From Dongiaceae bacterium (lineage in GTDB: Bacteria > Acidobacteriota > Polarisedimenticolia > Gp22-AA2): a stretch of DNA of 15,423 bases. Below, piece after piece: positions 7,722-15,423 of this stretch (its first letter is position 1; each line of letters starts with the position of its first letter). Location of the stretch: contig DATKFL010000338.1 of assembly GCA_035511355.1 (NCBI GenBank), positions 1 to 15,423 on the forward strand, in the 5' to 3' direction. Under the pieces are notes generated by a model. The model did no database searches. It was not told the DNA's origin and saw nothing but the letters and a program-made list of their open reading frames with translations. The position numbers and the translations under genes are program-made.

Positions 7722-7936
7722 ATCGGGGCTGGATCACGACCGCTGTGGAATCGTCGGGTGACCCGGGACATCCTGCACGCGATATCTTTCACGGCGACTC
7801 CCAGGGGGACCGACGCCCGCGTCCCTCCGCGCCCGGGGAAGGACGCGGCGGACGGCCATTCTAGAGGTGAGCGGGGAAGCGAGTCAATGACGGAATCGGT
7901 CCGTCGTGGCGCCGCGGATGCGAGAACAACTTTTTC

Positions 7937-7965
7937 TTGACAGCCCAGAGCCTTGACAGTATATG
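7937..7965 (+). promoter_or_regulatory. Candidate sigma70-type promoter for the protease gene: -35 TTGACA (7937-7942), 17-bp spacer, -10 TATATG (7960-7965); a second TTGACA sits at 7953-7958
   Basis: The only consensus-grade -35 hexamers in the window. They lie within the single AT-rich island (tttttcTTGACAgcccagagccTTGACAgTATATGag), ~190 nt upstream of the protease ATG. Confidence 0.4.
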
Positions 7966-8058
7966 AGCGCACGGCAAGGCGGACCACCATCGCCGGACCC
8001 GCCACTTTTGCCGCGCCGTTTTGCTCTTAGCTCGAGGTATAGCCACCGGAACAAGAAC

Positions 8059-8085
8059 GGAACTCCTTCCGATGCAAGGGGTTCC
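8059..8085 (+). other. Stable hairpin in the 5'UTR of the protease gene (GGAACUCCUU-ccgaugc-AAGGGGUUCC; 10-bp stem with one G-U pair, 7-nt loop)
   Basis: Inverted repeat read directly from the sequence. Confidence 0.4.
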
Positions 8086-8143
8086 GGCATACGTCGGGGA
8101 TAAAAATTCTCTCGCATCCAACACAACCAAGTTCCTGCCCACC

Positions 8144-8150
8144 GAGGAGG
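8144..8150 (+). promoter_or_regulatory. Shine-Dalgarno GAGGAGG, 6 nt upstream of the protease ATG (8157)
   Basis: Near-perfect anti-SD complement at optimal spacing. Confidence 0.65.
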
Positions 8151-8156
8151 ACAAGT

Positions 8157-8264
8157 ATGAACGCACTCTTCGCGCCTGGAGCGAAGCGCAATCGATTTTT
8201 GGTTGCCTTCGGCCTCACCCTGCTTCTGGCTGCTCCCGCGATGATGCTCTGGGCCGGCAAGGCC
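8157..8264 (+). other. Predicted Sec signal peptide of the protease (cleavage after APA or AGKA)
   Basis: K/R-rich n-region, 15-residue hydrophobic core, small residues at -3/-1. Confidence 0.6.
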
Positions 8265-11200
8265 CAGATCGTCGATATTGGGGGAGAAGATAGCCAGTAC
8301 GAGCAGGCGCTCCTCAAAGCCGAGGCCCGCTACATCTCGGGCCAGAGCGGCCTCGAGGCCACGTATCCGCCGGCGGAATTCTCGCCGTTCGGTGGCGTGA
8401 TCTCGCCCCGGCAGGTGAGCGCCGATCGCGCCGCCGACATGCTCGCGTCCCCGACCCTGGGTGACGTGGAATGGAATGCCGAGGCCGACGACGTGACCGC
8501 GTCGCTGAAGCCGGGCCTCCGCTGGGGGCAGAACGAGATGACCAAGGTCGAGCACGGGCACCTGCGCCCGGGGCTCAACTTCGTGCGCCTGAGCCAGGCC
8601 GCCATGACCTCGAACCCGGATGCCGCCATGCGCACCCTGGGCGAGCAGGCGACCGTGCTCTACGCGATGCCGCGCTCGACGTTCCTCGTGAAGGTCGAAG
8701 CGAAGAACATGCACCTCCTGCGGCAGAACCCGGACATCGACCGGATGCGGCCGATGGAGCCGGCGATGAAGGTCTCGGCCACGCTGGGCGCGCGGCCTGA
8801 GATCATGCGCGCGCGCGCCACCGACCCGAACCTCCGCGTCTGGGTGACGCTGGTGCCGGGCAGCTCGACCTCCGAGGCGGCTCGCTCGATCAGCGCGATG
8901 CAGGGCGTGAGCAACGTCACCGAGAACCTCTTCGGCGGCACGCTGCACATGCAGGTGCACTACGGCCAGGTCGACAAGATTGCCCGCCGCGATGACGTTC
9001 TCCGCGTCGAGCAGGACTTCGACCACATGCTGTCGAACGCCGAAAACGTCCCGACGATCCAGGCCGGGTCGGCCGAGGATGCCAACTTCCTCCGTCCGTT
9101 CGACATGGTCGGCGTGGACGGCGGCGGTATCGACACCAACGCGGACGGTCGCCGCATCAACAACGGCAGCGACGCCGTGCCGCCCCAGATCGTGACCATC
9201 GTCGACAACGGCATCAGCGTCGACACTCCGAACTTCTCGCAGACGGCGACCCAGGTCTCGATCCCGATCACCGCGCCGATCGGCCCGACCCACCGGAAGG
9301 TGCACGCCATCCAGAACGCCGGCGACTCCGGAACGTCCTGTGACGCGCAGCTGTCCGGCGGCGGCACGCACGGCAACGTCGTCGCTGCGGCCATCGGCGC
9401 CTACTCGAGCCAGCTCGGCTTCTTCGTGTCCCGCGCGGGCTACGGCGGATCGTCGCAGCCGCGCAGCGAGAACCTCGACGGTATCGCCCGCGGATCGCGC
9501 ATCCTCATGGAGGACGCGGCCACCACGTCGGTCTGCACCCTGAACTCGCTCGTCGAGCGCGGCGGCAACGTGTCGCCGGGTCTCATCTCCGACCGCCTGA
9601 ACGCCGCCATCTGCCCGATCACTCCCCCGGGCGCCGGCACGTGCGCCACGGTCGGTGTCGGCGGCGGCACGGAGACCCACCTCGCGGTGCTGCCCTTCGG
9701 CGCTCCGAGCAACTTCGGGACGAACCAGTTCCTGAGCGACAACGGGACGTACACGGCGGAGTCGAACCAGATCGACACCTTCCTGTACAACAACCGGGAC
9801 TTCATGGTGTTCTCGCCGGTCGGCAACAACGGCGCGCTCATCGGCACGAACCGCCTCGGTCTGGCGGTTCCGCAGATCCCGGACCTGTTCAACGGCAGCC
9901 TCCTCGACGAGGACCCGAACACGCAGCGTCCGATCCAGACCGCCTCGCCCTCGACCGCCAAGAACCTGGTCTCGGTCGGCGGTTCGACGGCTGACTGCTC
10001 CACGTTCTTCGGCGGGACGGACTGCGAAGGCGCGCTGGCGGCTTACACCTCGCGCGGCCCCGCAACGCCCCAGTCGCTGCGCATGGCGCCCATCGTCACC
10101 GCGCCGCAGTTCGACTTCACGGGGACGCCGTACACCTCGGCGGTCGCGGTCTTCCGTTCGAATGACAACGACAACCTCGCGCCGATCGATGCCCAGCTCG
10201 ACGAGTCGAACTTCGGTACGTCGTACGCCGCCGCCTACATGACGGGAGCGGGCGCGATCATCCGTGACTACTTCGCCCAGGGCTTCTTCCCGACCGGCAG
10301 CCGCGCCGACACCGACCGGATCGCCAACATCTCGGGCGCCTTCGTCAAGGCGGCCCTGGCGGCCTCGGCCGACTTCAACGAGGGCGGCATCGGGACGCAG
10401 AACCAGGACCTGAACGAGCGCGACCTGCGCCGCACCCGCGCCCTGAACCTGGGCACGGTGAACGGCGTCCTCGGCTCGGTCAACGTCGGCATCATGGGGA
10501 ACAGCGAGCAGGGTTACGGCCGCGCGGTCCTGACCGACGTGCTGCCCCTGTCGAACTGGCCCGACAACTTCGTGCTCCACCCCGTCTCCCTGCTGCCGGT
10601 TGAATACCCGGCTGCCGGTCTGCTCGCGTACGACCGGATTGCGACGGCGGAGCCGCTGATCAACAACACGACCCAGACCTCGGTGACCCACACCTTCCGT
10701 CTGGCGGCCCAGGACCTGTTCACGACCAATGCCGGCGCCGTTGTGGTGCGGCATGGTCAGCTGCGCATCGCCCTGGCCTGGCCCGACCTGCCCTCGCCGG
10801 CCGGCGCTGGCGGACCGCTGATCAACGACCTCGACCTCATCGTCACGAGCCCGGGCCCGGATAACTGCCTGGCCTCCACCGACACCAAGCCGGACGGCAC
10901 CGCCTGCCCGGCGGGTGCGGCGACGGACAACGTCATCTACGACGGCAACAACTATGACGGCGGCCGGAACAACGCCACCTTCGACCAGTGGTCGCGCGCC
11001 CGGGGAGCGAACCCCGAGGTTCACGACTTCCGCAATCCGATCGAGGCGGTGCACCTGGTCGGCGACTCGAACTTCGACGGCGACTACAACGACTCGACGC
11101 TGTTCCTCGGCCGCTGGACGGTCACCGTCCAGCGTGGCCGCGGTCCGGCGCAGGCGGCGCAGATTCCGCTGGTCATCAACGGCGCGGTCAACGAGGACGC

Positions 11201-14200
11201 GAACGGCAACAGCCGTCTGGACGCGGGAGAGGACCTGAACGCCAACGGCCTCCTCGACCAGCCGGGTCAGCCGTACGCCCTGGTGGTCTCGGGCCCGGTG
11301 TTCAACGCCGAGGCCAGCGCCATCTCGTACCCGTCGAGCCAGATCTCGTTCAGCGCCAACCGCTACGGTTGCGCTTCGAACGCGACCCTGGACATTCTCG
11401 ACATCACGGGCAGCGGTTCGACCGCCAACATCAAGTCGTCCACGACCTTCCAGGTCCTGGATGCCAGCGGTGTGGTGGTCGACTCCGAGGCGAACTTCAA
11501 CTTCACGCAGGGGACGCCGGCCAGCCGCTTCACGTCGGCCCTCATCCCGATCCGGCTCGCCGGTCCGGCCGTGGTCGGCAACGGCATTCTCGAGGCCGAC
11601 ACGGGCTACACCATCGTGGCGACCTACAACCGCGCCGGGCAGCGCACCGTGACGGCCCGCGCCGCGGTCTCCTGCACGCCCGACCTGATCAACGCCAACT
11701 TCCTGACCGCGGATAACAACAACAACGCGTTCCAGGATCAGACCAGCATCGGCAATGGTTGCGACAACGACGACAACCTCGACGCCGGTGAGGTGGTGAC
11801 CTACGGCATCGCGCTGCAGAACCGGTCGCGTGTCGATACGTACGCCGATGTCGTCGCCACCCTGACCCCGACGGGTCCGGGCGCCGCCGCCATCCGGGTG
11901 CTCGACTCGCCGAAGAACTTCGGGACCTTCCCGGGCAACGGGACGAACGGCATCTTCTTCCACGTCTTTGTCGACCCGACGATCGCGAACGGCCTGTCGG
12001 TCGCCAACCGCGTGGTGACCATGAACCTGACCCTCGACTCGCTGTCGAAGGGTCGGAAGATTGGCCGCCAGTCGTACTCGTTCACGAACGCCATCAACTC
12101 GGACCGCCAGGAGTTCTACTACTCCACGGACTTCCCGACCGGCGGCCGCGAAGTGCGCGACCTCAACCGCAACTTGGTCATCGATCCGCCCGACACGCTC
12201 GATCCGTTCCTGACCTTCATCGTGCCGGACGAGGATGTGACCTTCTCCAGCCTGTTCGCGGGCACCGGCGCTCCGGCGTCCCACTTCACCAACGAGCTCG
12301 GTGAAGACCTCGACCTGAGCGGCACCTTCACCGGCACGGAGCGCGACCTGATTCCGAACGGTGCGGTCGACAAGGGCGTGTTGAACTCGAACAACCCGGT
12401 CGACCCGCTCCACCGGATCCCGTGGAACTTCGACAACAACAACGGTGGGTGGAATGCGTTCCGTCACCCCGCCAGCCTGCCGGGCAGCCTGCCCGCCACG
12501 CCGGTGTGGGAGTACCTCGTGAACCGGCCGGTCTGCGGCTTCCAGAGCGCCGCCGGCGTCGGCAAGTTCGGCATCTGGCACGCGGGTGACGGCAATCCGG
12601 CCACCCCGTCGGCGGTCGCGACCGCCTGCGACAACCACGCGCAGCCGCGCGACAGCCAGACGACCCCGAAGGTCGAGATGATCATGGACGTCCTCGAGTC
12701 CCCGATCCTCGCCAAGGTCAACCAGAACAACGATGCACGCGGCTTCGCGTACACCGTCGAGTTCCAGCGCCTCGGCTTCAACGAGAACATCCAGACCCTG
12801 GATGGGTACGCGGGCGGCGGCGTCAACATCGACAACAACGCCGACAGCGACAACGTCAACAGCCTGCTGGGTGAGCAGCTGGACCAGTACTACACCCGCC
12901 GGACGGGCGGTTGGACGTACGGCCAGTTCCGCGACGCCGGCCAGTACTTCCCGGGCACCGGCATCAACCCGGGCAGCACGGGCCCGCACCAGCGCACCTT
13001 CGGTCCGTTCACGAACCCGGACCTTTCGACGAACTTCACGGGTGACGAGACCGGGTTCTCCGGCTTCACGGCCAACAACAACCCGAACAGCAGCTCGCCG
13101 ATTCCGACCGCCGACCCCGACTTCCTGGCCTACCCGGTGCCGGGCGCGCCGGTCGCCGGGATCTGCGACGGCGGCGGCGTTCAGAACGATCAGCCGTGCG
13201 ACCCGGCGAACCAGACGGTCAGCAACCCGTGCATCGCGGCGGGTGGTGTCTGCACCGCTGCTTCGAACACCGTGGCCGGTCCGGTCCGCAACTGGGACGC
13301 CAGCCTCGTCGACTTCGAGGGTGGCTGGGCCAGCTTGCTCGACCCGGCGCCGACCGAGAACTACTTCTTCAACATCCCCGGGAAGGCCGGCAACCGCTGG
13401 CAGATCGGGATCGGGTTCTGGGCCATCGAGAGCGCGACCGGCGACACCGACTACGGCAAGTCGATCGACGACGTGGTCTTCGAGTGGCTCGAGTGGCACC
13501 CCGAGGACGAGGCCGCGATGGGCCACCCGGCGGCCTGCTCGCGCTACAACAGCCTCGGCAACCCGTCGGGCGGACAGTGCGCCACGATCACGGCCGACCG
13601 CAGCACGCTGTACGAGTGCGACGAGGCGGTCGAGATCACGGTCTACGACGCCAAGTGCATCAGCGGCGTCCCGCTGGGCGGCCCCTGCACGACCGACGCG
13701 CAGTGCGGCGGCGGCGGCAACTGCACCGCCGACAACCCGAGCGTCAACGTGTCGGTTGCCACCGAGTCCGACTCGGTGGTCGTCGACTACCAGGGGACGC
13801 AGGTCTTCTACCCGAACTCGAAGCTGTTCACGCTGAACGCGGTGGCGGGCAGCCCGGGTCTGTTCCGCGGCTCGGTCATCTTCTCGACCACCACGAACGA
13901 CGCCGCGCACGTCTTCACCGTGCCGGGCACGGACAGCACGTTCACCGTCTACTACCACGATCCGCTGTGCGATGGTGACCGCGACGGCCAGGCCGCTGAG
14001 GACAACTTCAACAACGTCGACGGTGACGGTGTGCCGGATGCCTCCGACAAGTGCCCGCAGATCTACGATCCGGGCCAGGCGGATGCCGATGGCGACGGGT
14101 TGGGTGACCTGTGCGACAACTGCCCGAACGTCTCGAACAACGACCAGGCCGATGCCAACGCCGACGGCGTGGGCGATGCCTGCGAGTTCGATGACGTCGA

Positions 14201-15423
14201 CGGCGACACCTTCCCGAACGAGCTCGACAACTGCCCCGACGTCCGCAACCCGAACCAGTCCGACATCGAGGGTGACGGCCGCGGAGACCTCTGCGACACG
14301 CTCAAGACCTCGGGCACGACGTTCGGGACCTCCGCGGGCGCGGCCGACTGCGTCAGCGGCACCTGCACCCGCCCGACGACCGCCGTGGGCGCCGCCTGCA
14401 CGGTCGACGAGGACTGCATCCGGTCGTGCAACGCCGGCACCTGCGCGAACACCGGCGGTTTCGTGTCTCCGCTGCCGGCCGTGGGCGCCTCGTGCGTGAC
14501 CCACGCCGACTGCTACCGCGACATCGACCGCGACGGTGACGGTGTGGTCGACGCTCTCGACAACTGCGTCGTCTCCGACAACGGCCCGCTGCAGGGCCCG
14601 AACAACCAGACCGACTCCGACATCGACGGTCTCGGGAACGTCTGCGACGGTGACTGCACCGGCGCGACTGAGATCTACGTCTGCCGCGGTTCGGGCATCT
14701 CGTGCCCCGTGCCGGAGACCAACCAGGCCGTGTGCGCCAACGCCAACGGCCTCGGCAACGTCTGCGAGTTCTACCTCAGCAACACCGGCTCCTGCTCGGC
14801 GACGAACGACGACTACGACGCCGACGGCAACTCCGACCAGGACGACAACTGCACGACGGTGGCCAACCCGGCGATCGTGGCCGGCACCAACCGCCAGCGT
14901 GACAACGATCGTGACGGTCTCGGCGATGCCTGCGACCCGACCGGGACGTTCGACGATGCCGGCGACGGCATCCCGGACGACGTGGTCAACTTCCAGGGCT
15001 CCGTCTCCTGCCGGAACCTTCCGCTGGCGAACCTGACCATCCTGTCGGCCGACTACGTCGACCTCGATGGCGACCACGATCCGTTCCCGGACACCGGTGA
15101 GACCGGTCGGATCCGCGTCACCGTCCGCAACGACGGTGTGGCGCTGACCGACGCGACCGTCGTGCTGACCTCGTCCGATCCGGACGTGGCCTGCATCACC
15201 TCGCCGTCCGTGGTCGTGGGCAACATCGCGGCCGGTGCCACAGCCGTGGTCGGATCGCTCCTGGCGGGCCCCCCGGGGTTCACCATGACGAGCAGCAACG
15301 CGATGCTGTACACCGGTCCGCCGCAGGTCGCTCCGCAGTCCACCCTCTGCATCACGGTGGTGGCGAACGAGACCCTCGGCGCGAACCGCCCGACCTGCTT
15401 CAACCTCCTGTCGGACCTGAACG
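8157..15423 (+). CDS. Giant secreted subtilisin-like serine protease (peptidase S8) with extended C-terminal adhesion/Ca-binding modules; 3'-truncated by the window edge (at least 2422 codons; frame with codons at nt = 0 mod 3 is open from 8157 to 15423)
   Basis: Translated manually. Sec signal peptide MNALFAPGAKRNRFLVAFGLTLLLAAPAMMLWAGKA. Catalytic Asp motif QIVTIVDNGISVD (Asp codon 9204-9206). His motif LSGGGTHGNVVAAAIGA (His 9369-9371). Ser motif NFGTSYAAAYMTGAGAIIRDY (Ser 10221-10223). S8-typical 'ALAWPD...LINDLDLIVTSP' beta-sandwich. TSP3 repeats from 13971. Codon third positions are strongly G/C-biased in this frame and not in the antisense frame. Confidence 0.9.
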   Translation, partial: MNALFAPGAKRNRFLVAFGLTLLLAAPAMMLWAGKAQIVDIGGEDSQYEQALLKAEARYISGQSGLEATYPPAEFSPFGGVISPRQVSADRAADMLASPTLGDVEWNAEADDVTASLKPGLRWGQNEMTKVEHGHLRPGLNFVRLSQAAMTSNPDAAMRTLGEQATVLYAMPRSTFLVKVEAKNMHLLRQNPDIDRMRPMEPAMKVSATLGARPEIMRARATDPNLRVWVTLVPGSSTSEAARSISAMQGVSNVTENLFGGTLHMQVHYGQVDKIARRDDVLRVEQDFDHMLSNAENVPTIQAGSAEDANFLRPFDMVGVDGGGIDTNADGRRINNGSDAVPPQIVTIVDNGISVDTPNFSQTATQVSIPITAPIGPTHRKVHAIQNAGDSGTSCDAQLSGGGTHGNVVAAAIGAYSSQLGFFVSRAGYGGSSQPRSENLDGIARGSRILMEDAATTSVCTLNSLVERGGNVSPGLISDRLNAAICPITPPGAGTCATVGVGGGTETHLAVLPFGAPSNFGTNQFLSDNGTYTAESNQIDTFLYNNRDFMVFSPVGNNGALIGTNRLGLAVPQIPDLFNGSLLDEDPNTQRPIQTASPSTAKNLVSVGGSTADCSTFFGGTDCEGALAAYTSRGPATPQSLRMAPIVTAPQFDFTGTPYTSAVAVFRSNDNDNLAPIDAQLDESNFGTSYAAAYMTGAGAIIRDYFAQGFFPTGSRADTDRIANISGAFVKAALAASADFNEGGIGTQNQDLNERDLRRTRALNLGTVNGVLGSVNVGIMGNSEQGYGRAVLTDVLPLSNWPDNFVLHPVSLLPVEYPAAGLLAYDRIATAEPLINNTTQTSVTHTFRLAAQDLFTTNAGAVVVRHGQLRIALAWPDLPSPAGAGGPLINDLDLIVTSPGPDNCLASTDTKPDGTACPAGAATDNVIYDGNNYDGGRNNATFDQWSRARGANPEVHDFRNPIEAVHLVGDSNFDGDYNDSTLFLGRWTVTVQRGRGPAQAAQIPLVINGAVNEDANGNSRLDAGEDLNANGLLDQPGQPYALVVSGPVFNAEASAISYPSSQISFSANRYGCASNATLDILDITGSGSTANIKSSTTFQVLDASGVVVDSEANFNFTQGTPASRFTSALIPIRLAGPAVVGNGILEADTGYTIVATYNRAGQRTVTARAAVSCTPDLINANFLTADNNNNAFQDQTSIGNGCDNDDNLDAGEVVTYGIALQNRSRVDTYADVVATLTPTGPGAAAIRVLDSPKNFGTFPGNGTNGIFFHVFVDPTIANGLSVANRVVTMNLTLDSLSKGRKIGRQSYSFTNAINSDRQEFYYSTDFPTGGREVRDLNRNLVIDPPDTLDPFLTFIVPDEDVTFSSLFAGTGAPASHFTNELGEDLDLSGTFTGTERDLIPNGAVDKGVLNSNNPVDPLHRIPWNFDNNNGGWNAFRHPASLPGSLPATPVWEYLVNRPVCGFQSAAGVGKFGIWHAGDGNPATPSAVATACDNHAQPRDSQTTPKVEMIMDVLESPILAKVNQNNDARGFAYTVEFQRLGFNENIQTLDGYAGGGVNIDNNADSDNVNSLLGEQLDQYYTRRTGGWTYGQFRDAGQYFPGTGINPGSTGPHQRTFGPFTNPDLSTNFTGDETGFSGFTANNNPNSSSPIPTADPDFLAYPVPGAPVAGICDGGGVQNDQPCDPANQTVSNPCIAAGGVCTAASNTVAGPVRNWDASLVDFEGGWASLLDPAPTENYFFNIPGKAGNRWQIGIGFWAIESATGDTDYGKSIDDVVFEWLEWHPEDEAAMGHPAACSRYNSLGNPSGGQCATITADRSTLYECDEAVEITVYDAKCISGVPLGGPCTTDAQCGGGGNCTADNPSVNVSVATESDSVVVDYQGTQVFYPNSKLFTLNAVAGSPGLFRGSVIFSTTTNDAAHVFTVPGTDSTFTVYYHDPLCDGDRDGQAAEDNFNNVDGDGVPDASDKCPQIYDPGQADADGDGLGDLCDNCPNVSNNDQADANADGVGDACEFDDVDGDTFPNELDNCPDVRNPNQSDIEGDGRGDLCDTLKTSGTTFGTSAGAADCVSGTCTRPTTAVGAACTVDEDCIRSCNAGTCANTGGFVSPLPAVGASCVTHADCYRDIDRDGDGVVDALDNCVVSDNGPLQGPNNQTDSDIDGLGNVCDGDCTGATEIYVCRGSGISCPVPETNQAVCANANGLGNVCEFYLSNTGSCSATNDDYDADGNSDQDDNCTTVANPAIVAGTNRQRDNDRDGLGDACDPTGTFDDAGDGIPDDVVNFQGSVSCRNLPLANLTILSADYVDLDGDHDPFPDTGETGRIRVTVRNDGVALTDATVVLTSSDPDVACITSPSVVVGNIAAGATAVVGSLLAGPPGFTMTSSNAMLYTGPPQVAPQSTLCITVVANETLGANRPTCFNLLSDLN
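9150..10290 (+). other. Peptidase S8 catalytic domain (Asp 9204, His 9369, Ser 10221)
   Basis: D-H-S triad motifs in canonical order and spacing. Confidence 0.85.
13971..14990 (+). repeat. Thrombospondin type 3-like Ca-binding repeats (about 6 units of D.D.DG.GD.CDNCP..N..Q.D) interrupted by Cys-rich modules
   Basis: DGDRDGQAAEDNFNNVDGDGVPDASDKCPQIYDPGQADADGDGLGDLCDNCPNVSNNDQADANADGVGDACEFDDVDGDTFPNELDNCPDVRNPNQSDIEGDGRGDLCD, then RDIDRDGDGVVDALDNCVVSDNGP...DSDIDGLGNVCD, then DDYDADGNSDQDDNCT...RDNDRDGLGDACD. Confidence 0.8.
15040..15423 (+). other. CARDB-like beta-sandwich module (partial, continues beyond window); a similar module lies at ~11700-12060
   Basis: LSADYVDLDGDHDPFPDTGETGRIRVTVRNDGVALTDATVVLTSSDPDV and CDNDDNLDAGEVVTYGIALQNRSRVDTYADVVATLTP follow the CARDB pattern (D.GE...i.vtV.N.G...a..v.V.l). 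Confidence 0.45.

Noticed and set aside
5635-7940. + strand ORFs 5635..6882 (415 aa), 6194..7096 (300 aa) and 7011..7940 (309 aa)
   Set aside because: They are antisense to the GAF-GGDEF and LarE genes, whose - strand translations contain GGEEF/RxxD and PP-loop/LarE motifs. No domain signatures in the + translations.
7966-7990. Leader segment CACGGCAAGGCGGACC superficially reminiscent of the 5' conserved block of GEMM (c-di-GMP-I) riboswitches
   Set aside because: The similarity is limited to a few nucleotides. I could not trace the P1/P2 architecture or the tetraloop-receptor pair by eye. Kept only as a motivation for the Rfam scan suggested above.
8049-8063. GAAC-N7-GAAC direct repeat (plus a third GAAC) resembling, on the opposite strand, the alphaproteobacterial-type LexA GTTC-N7-GTTC box
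   Set aside because: It lies in the leader of a protease gene rather than near ruvC/ruvA/ruvB, and overlaps the arm of a hairpin that explains the repeat. A 4-mer repeat is easily produced by chance. The lineage is unknown, so the relevant LexA motif cannot be chosen.
7884-15077. 2397-aa ORF on the - strand, the longest ORF in the track
   Set aside because: Its translation is V/R/A/G/D-rich with no recognisable motif. The + strand frame over the same DNA encodes a textbook signal peptide, S8 catalytic triad and TSP3 repeats with proper GC3 codon bias. Long antisense ORFs are expected in ~70% GC coding DNA because stop codons are rare.
1-15423. Search for CRISPR arrays, IS/transposase genes, integrases, tRNA/rRNA genes and phage-like modules
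   Set aside because: No regularly spaced direct repeats. No transposase/integrase-like translations in any frame. No tRNA-like cloverleaf candidates noticed. GC content is uniform apart from the 7722-8156 promoter island, so nothing suggests a horizontally acquired island inside this window.

Overview
High-GC (~70%) bacterial chromosomal window with seven protein-coding genes and no rRNA, tRNA, CRISPR or obvious mobile element. On the + strand, a ruvC gene (3'-partial copy entering from the left edge) is followed by a ~3 kb gene encoding a membrane-anchored multidomain protein. This protein has an N-terminal signal anchor, an SPFH/band-7-like domain, an alkaline-phosphatase-superfamily type I phosphodiesterase/nucleotide-pyrophosphatase domain and a C-terminal TPR array. 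It is wedged between ruvC and a tightly coupled ruvA-ruvB pair. On the - strand, converging on ruvB, lie a GAF-GGDEF diguanylate cyclase and, upstream of it, a stand-alone LarE-family PP-loop sulfur-transferase. After a 435-bp relatively AT-rich divergent intergenic region carrying a sigma70-like promoter, a long structured 5'UTR and a strong RBS, a giant secreted subtilisin-like (S8) protease gene starts at 8157. Its reading frame stays open to the end of the window, giving at least 2422 codons. Because it has no stop in the window it is absent from the supplied ORF track, which instead shows a 2397-aa antisense ORF that I consider spurious. The protease carries a signal peptide, a tandem propeptide-like pro-region, an S8 catalytic domain with an intact D/H/S triad, CARDB-like beta-sandwich modules, novel-looking Cys-rich modules and thrombospondin type-3 calcium-binding repeats. 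All domain calls are from reading motifs by eye; no database search was run.
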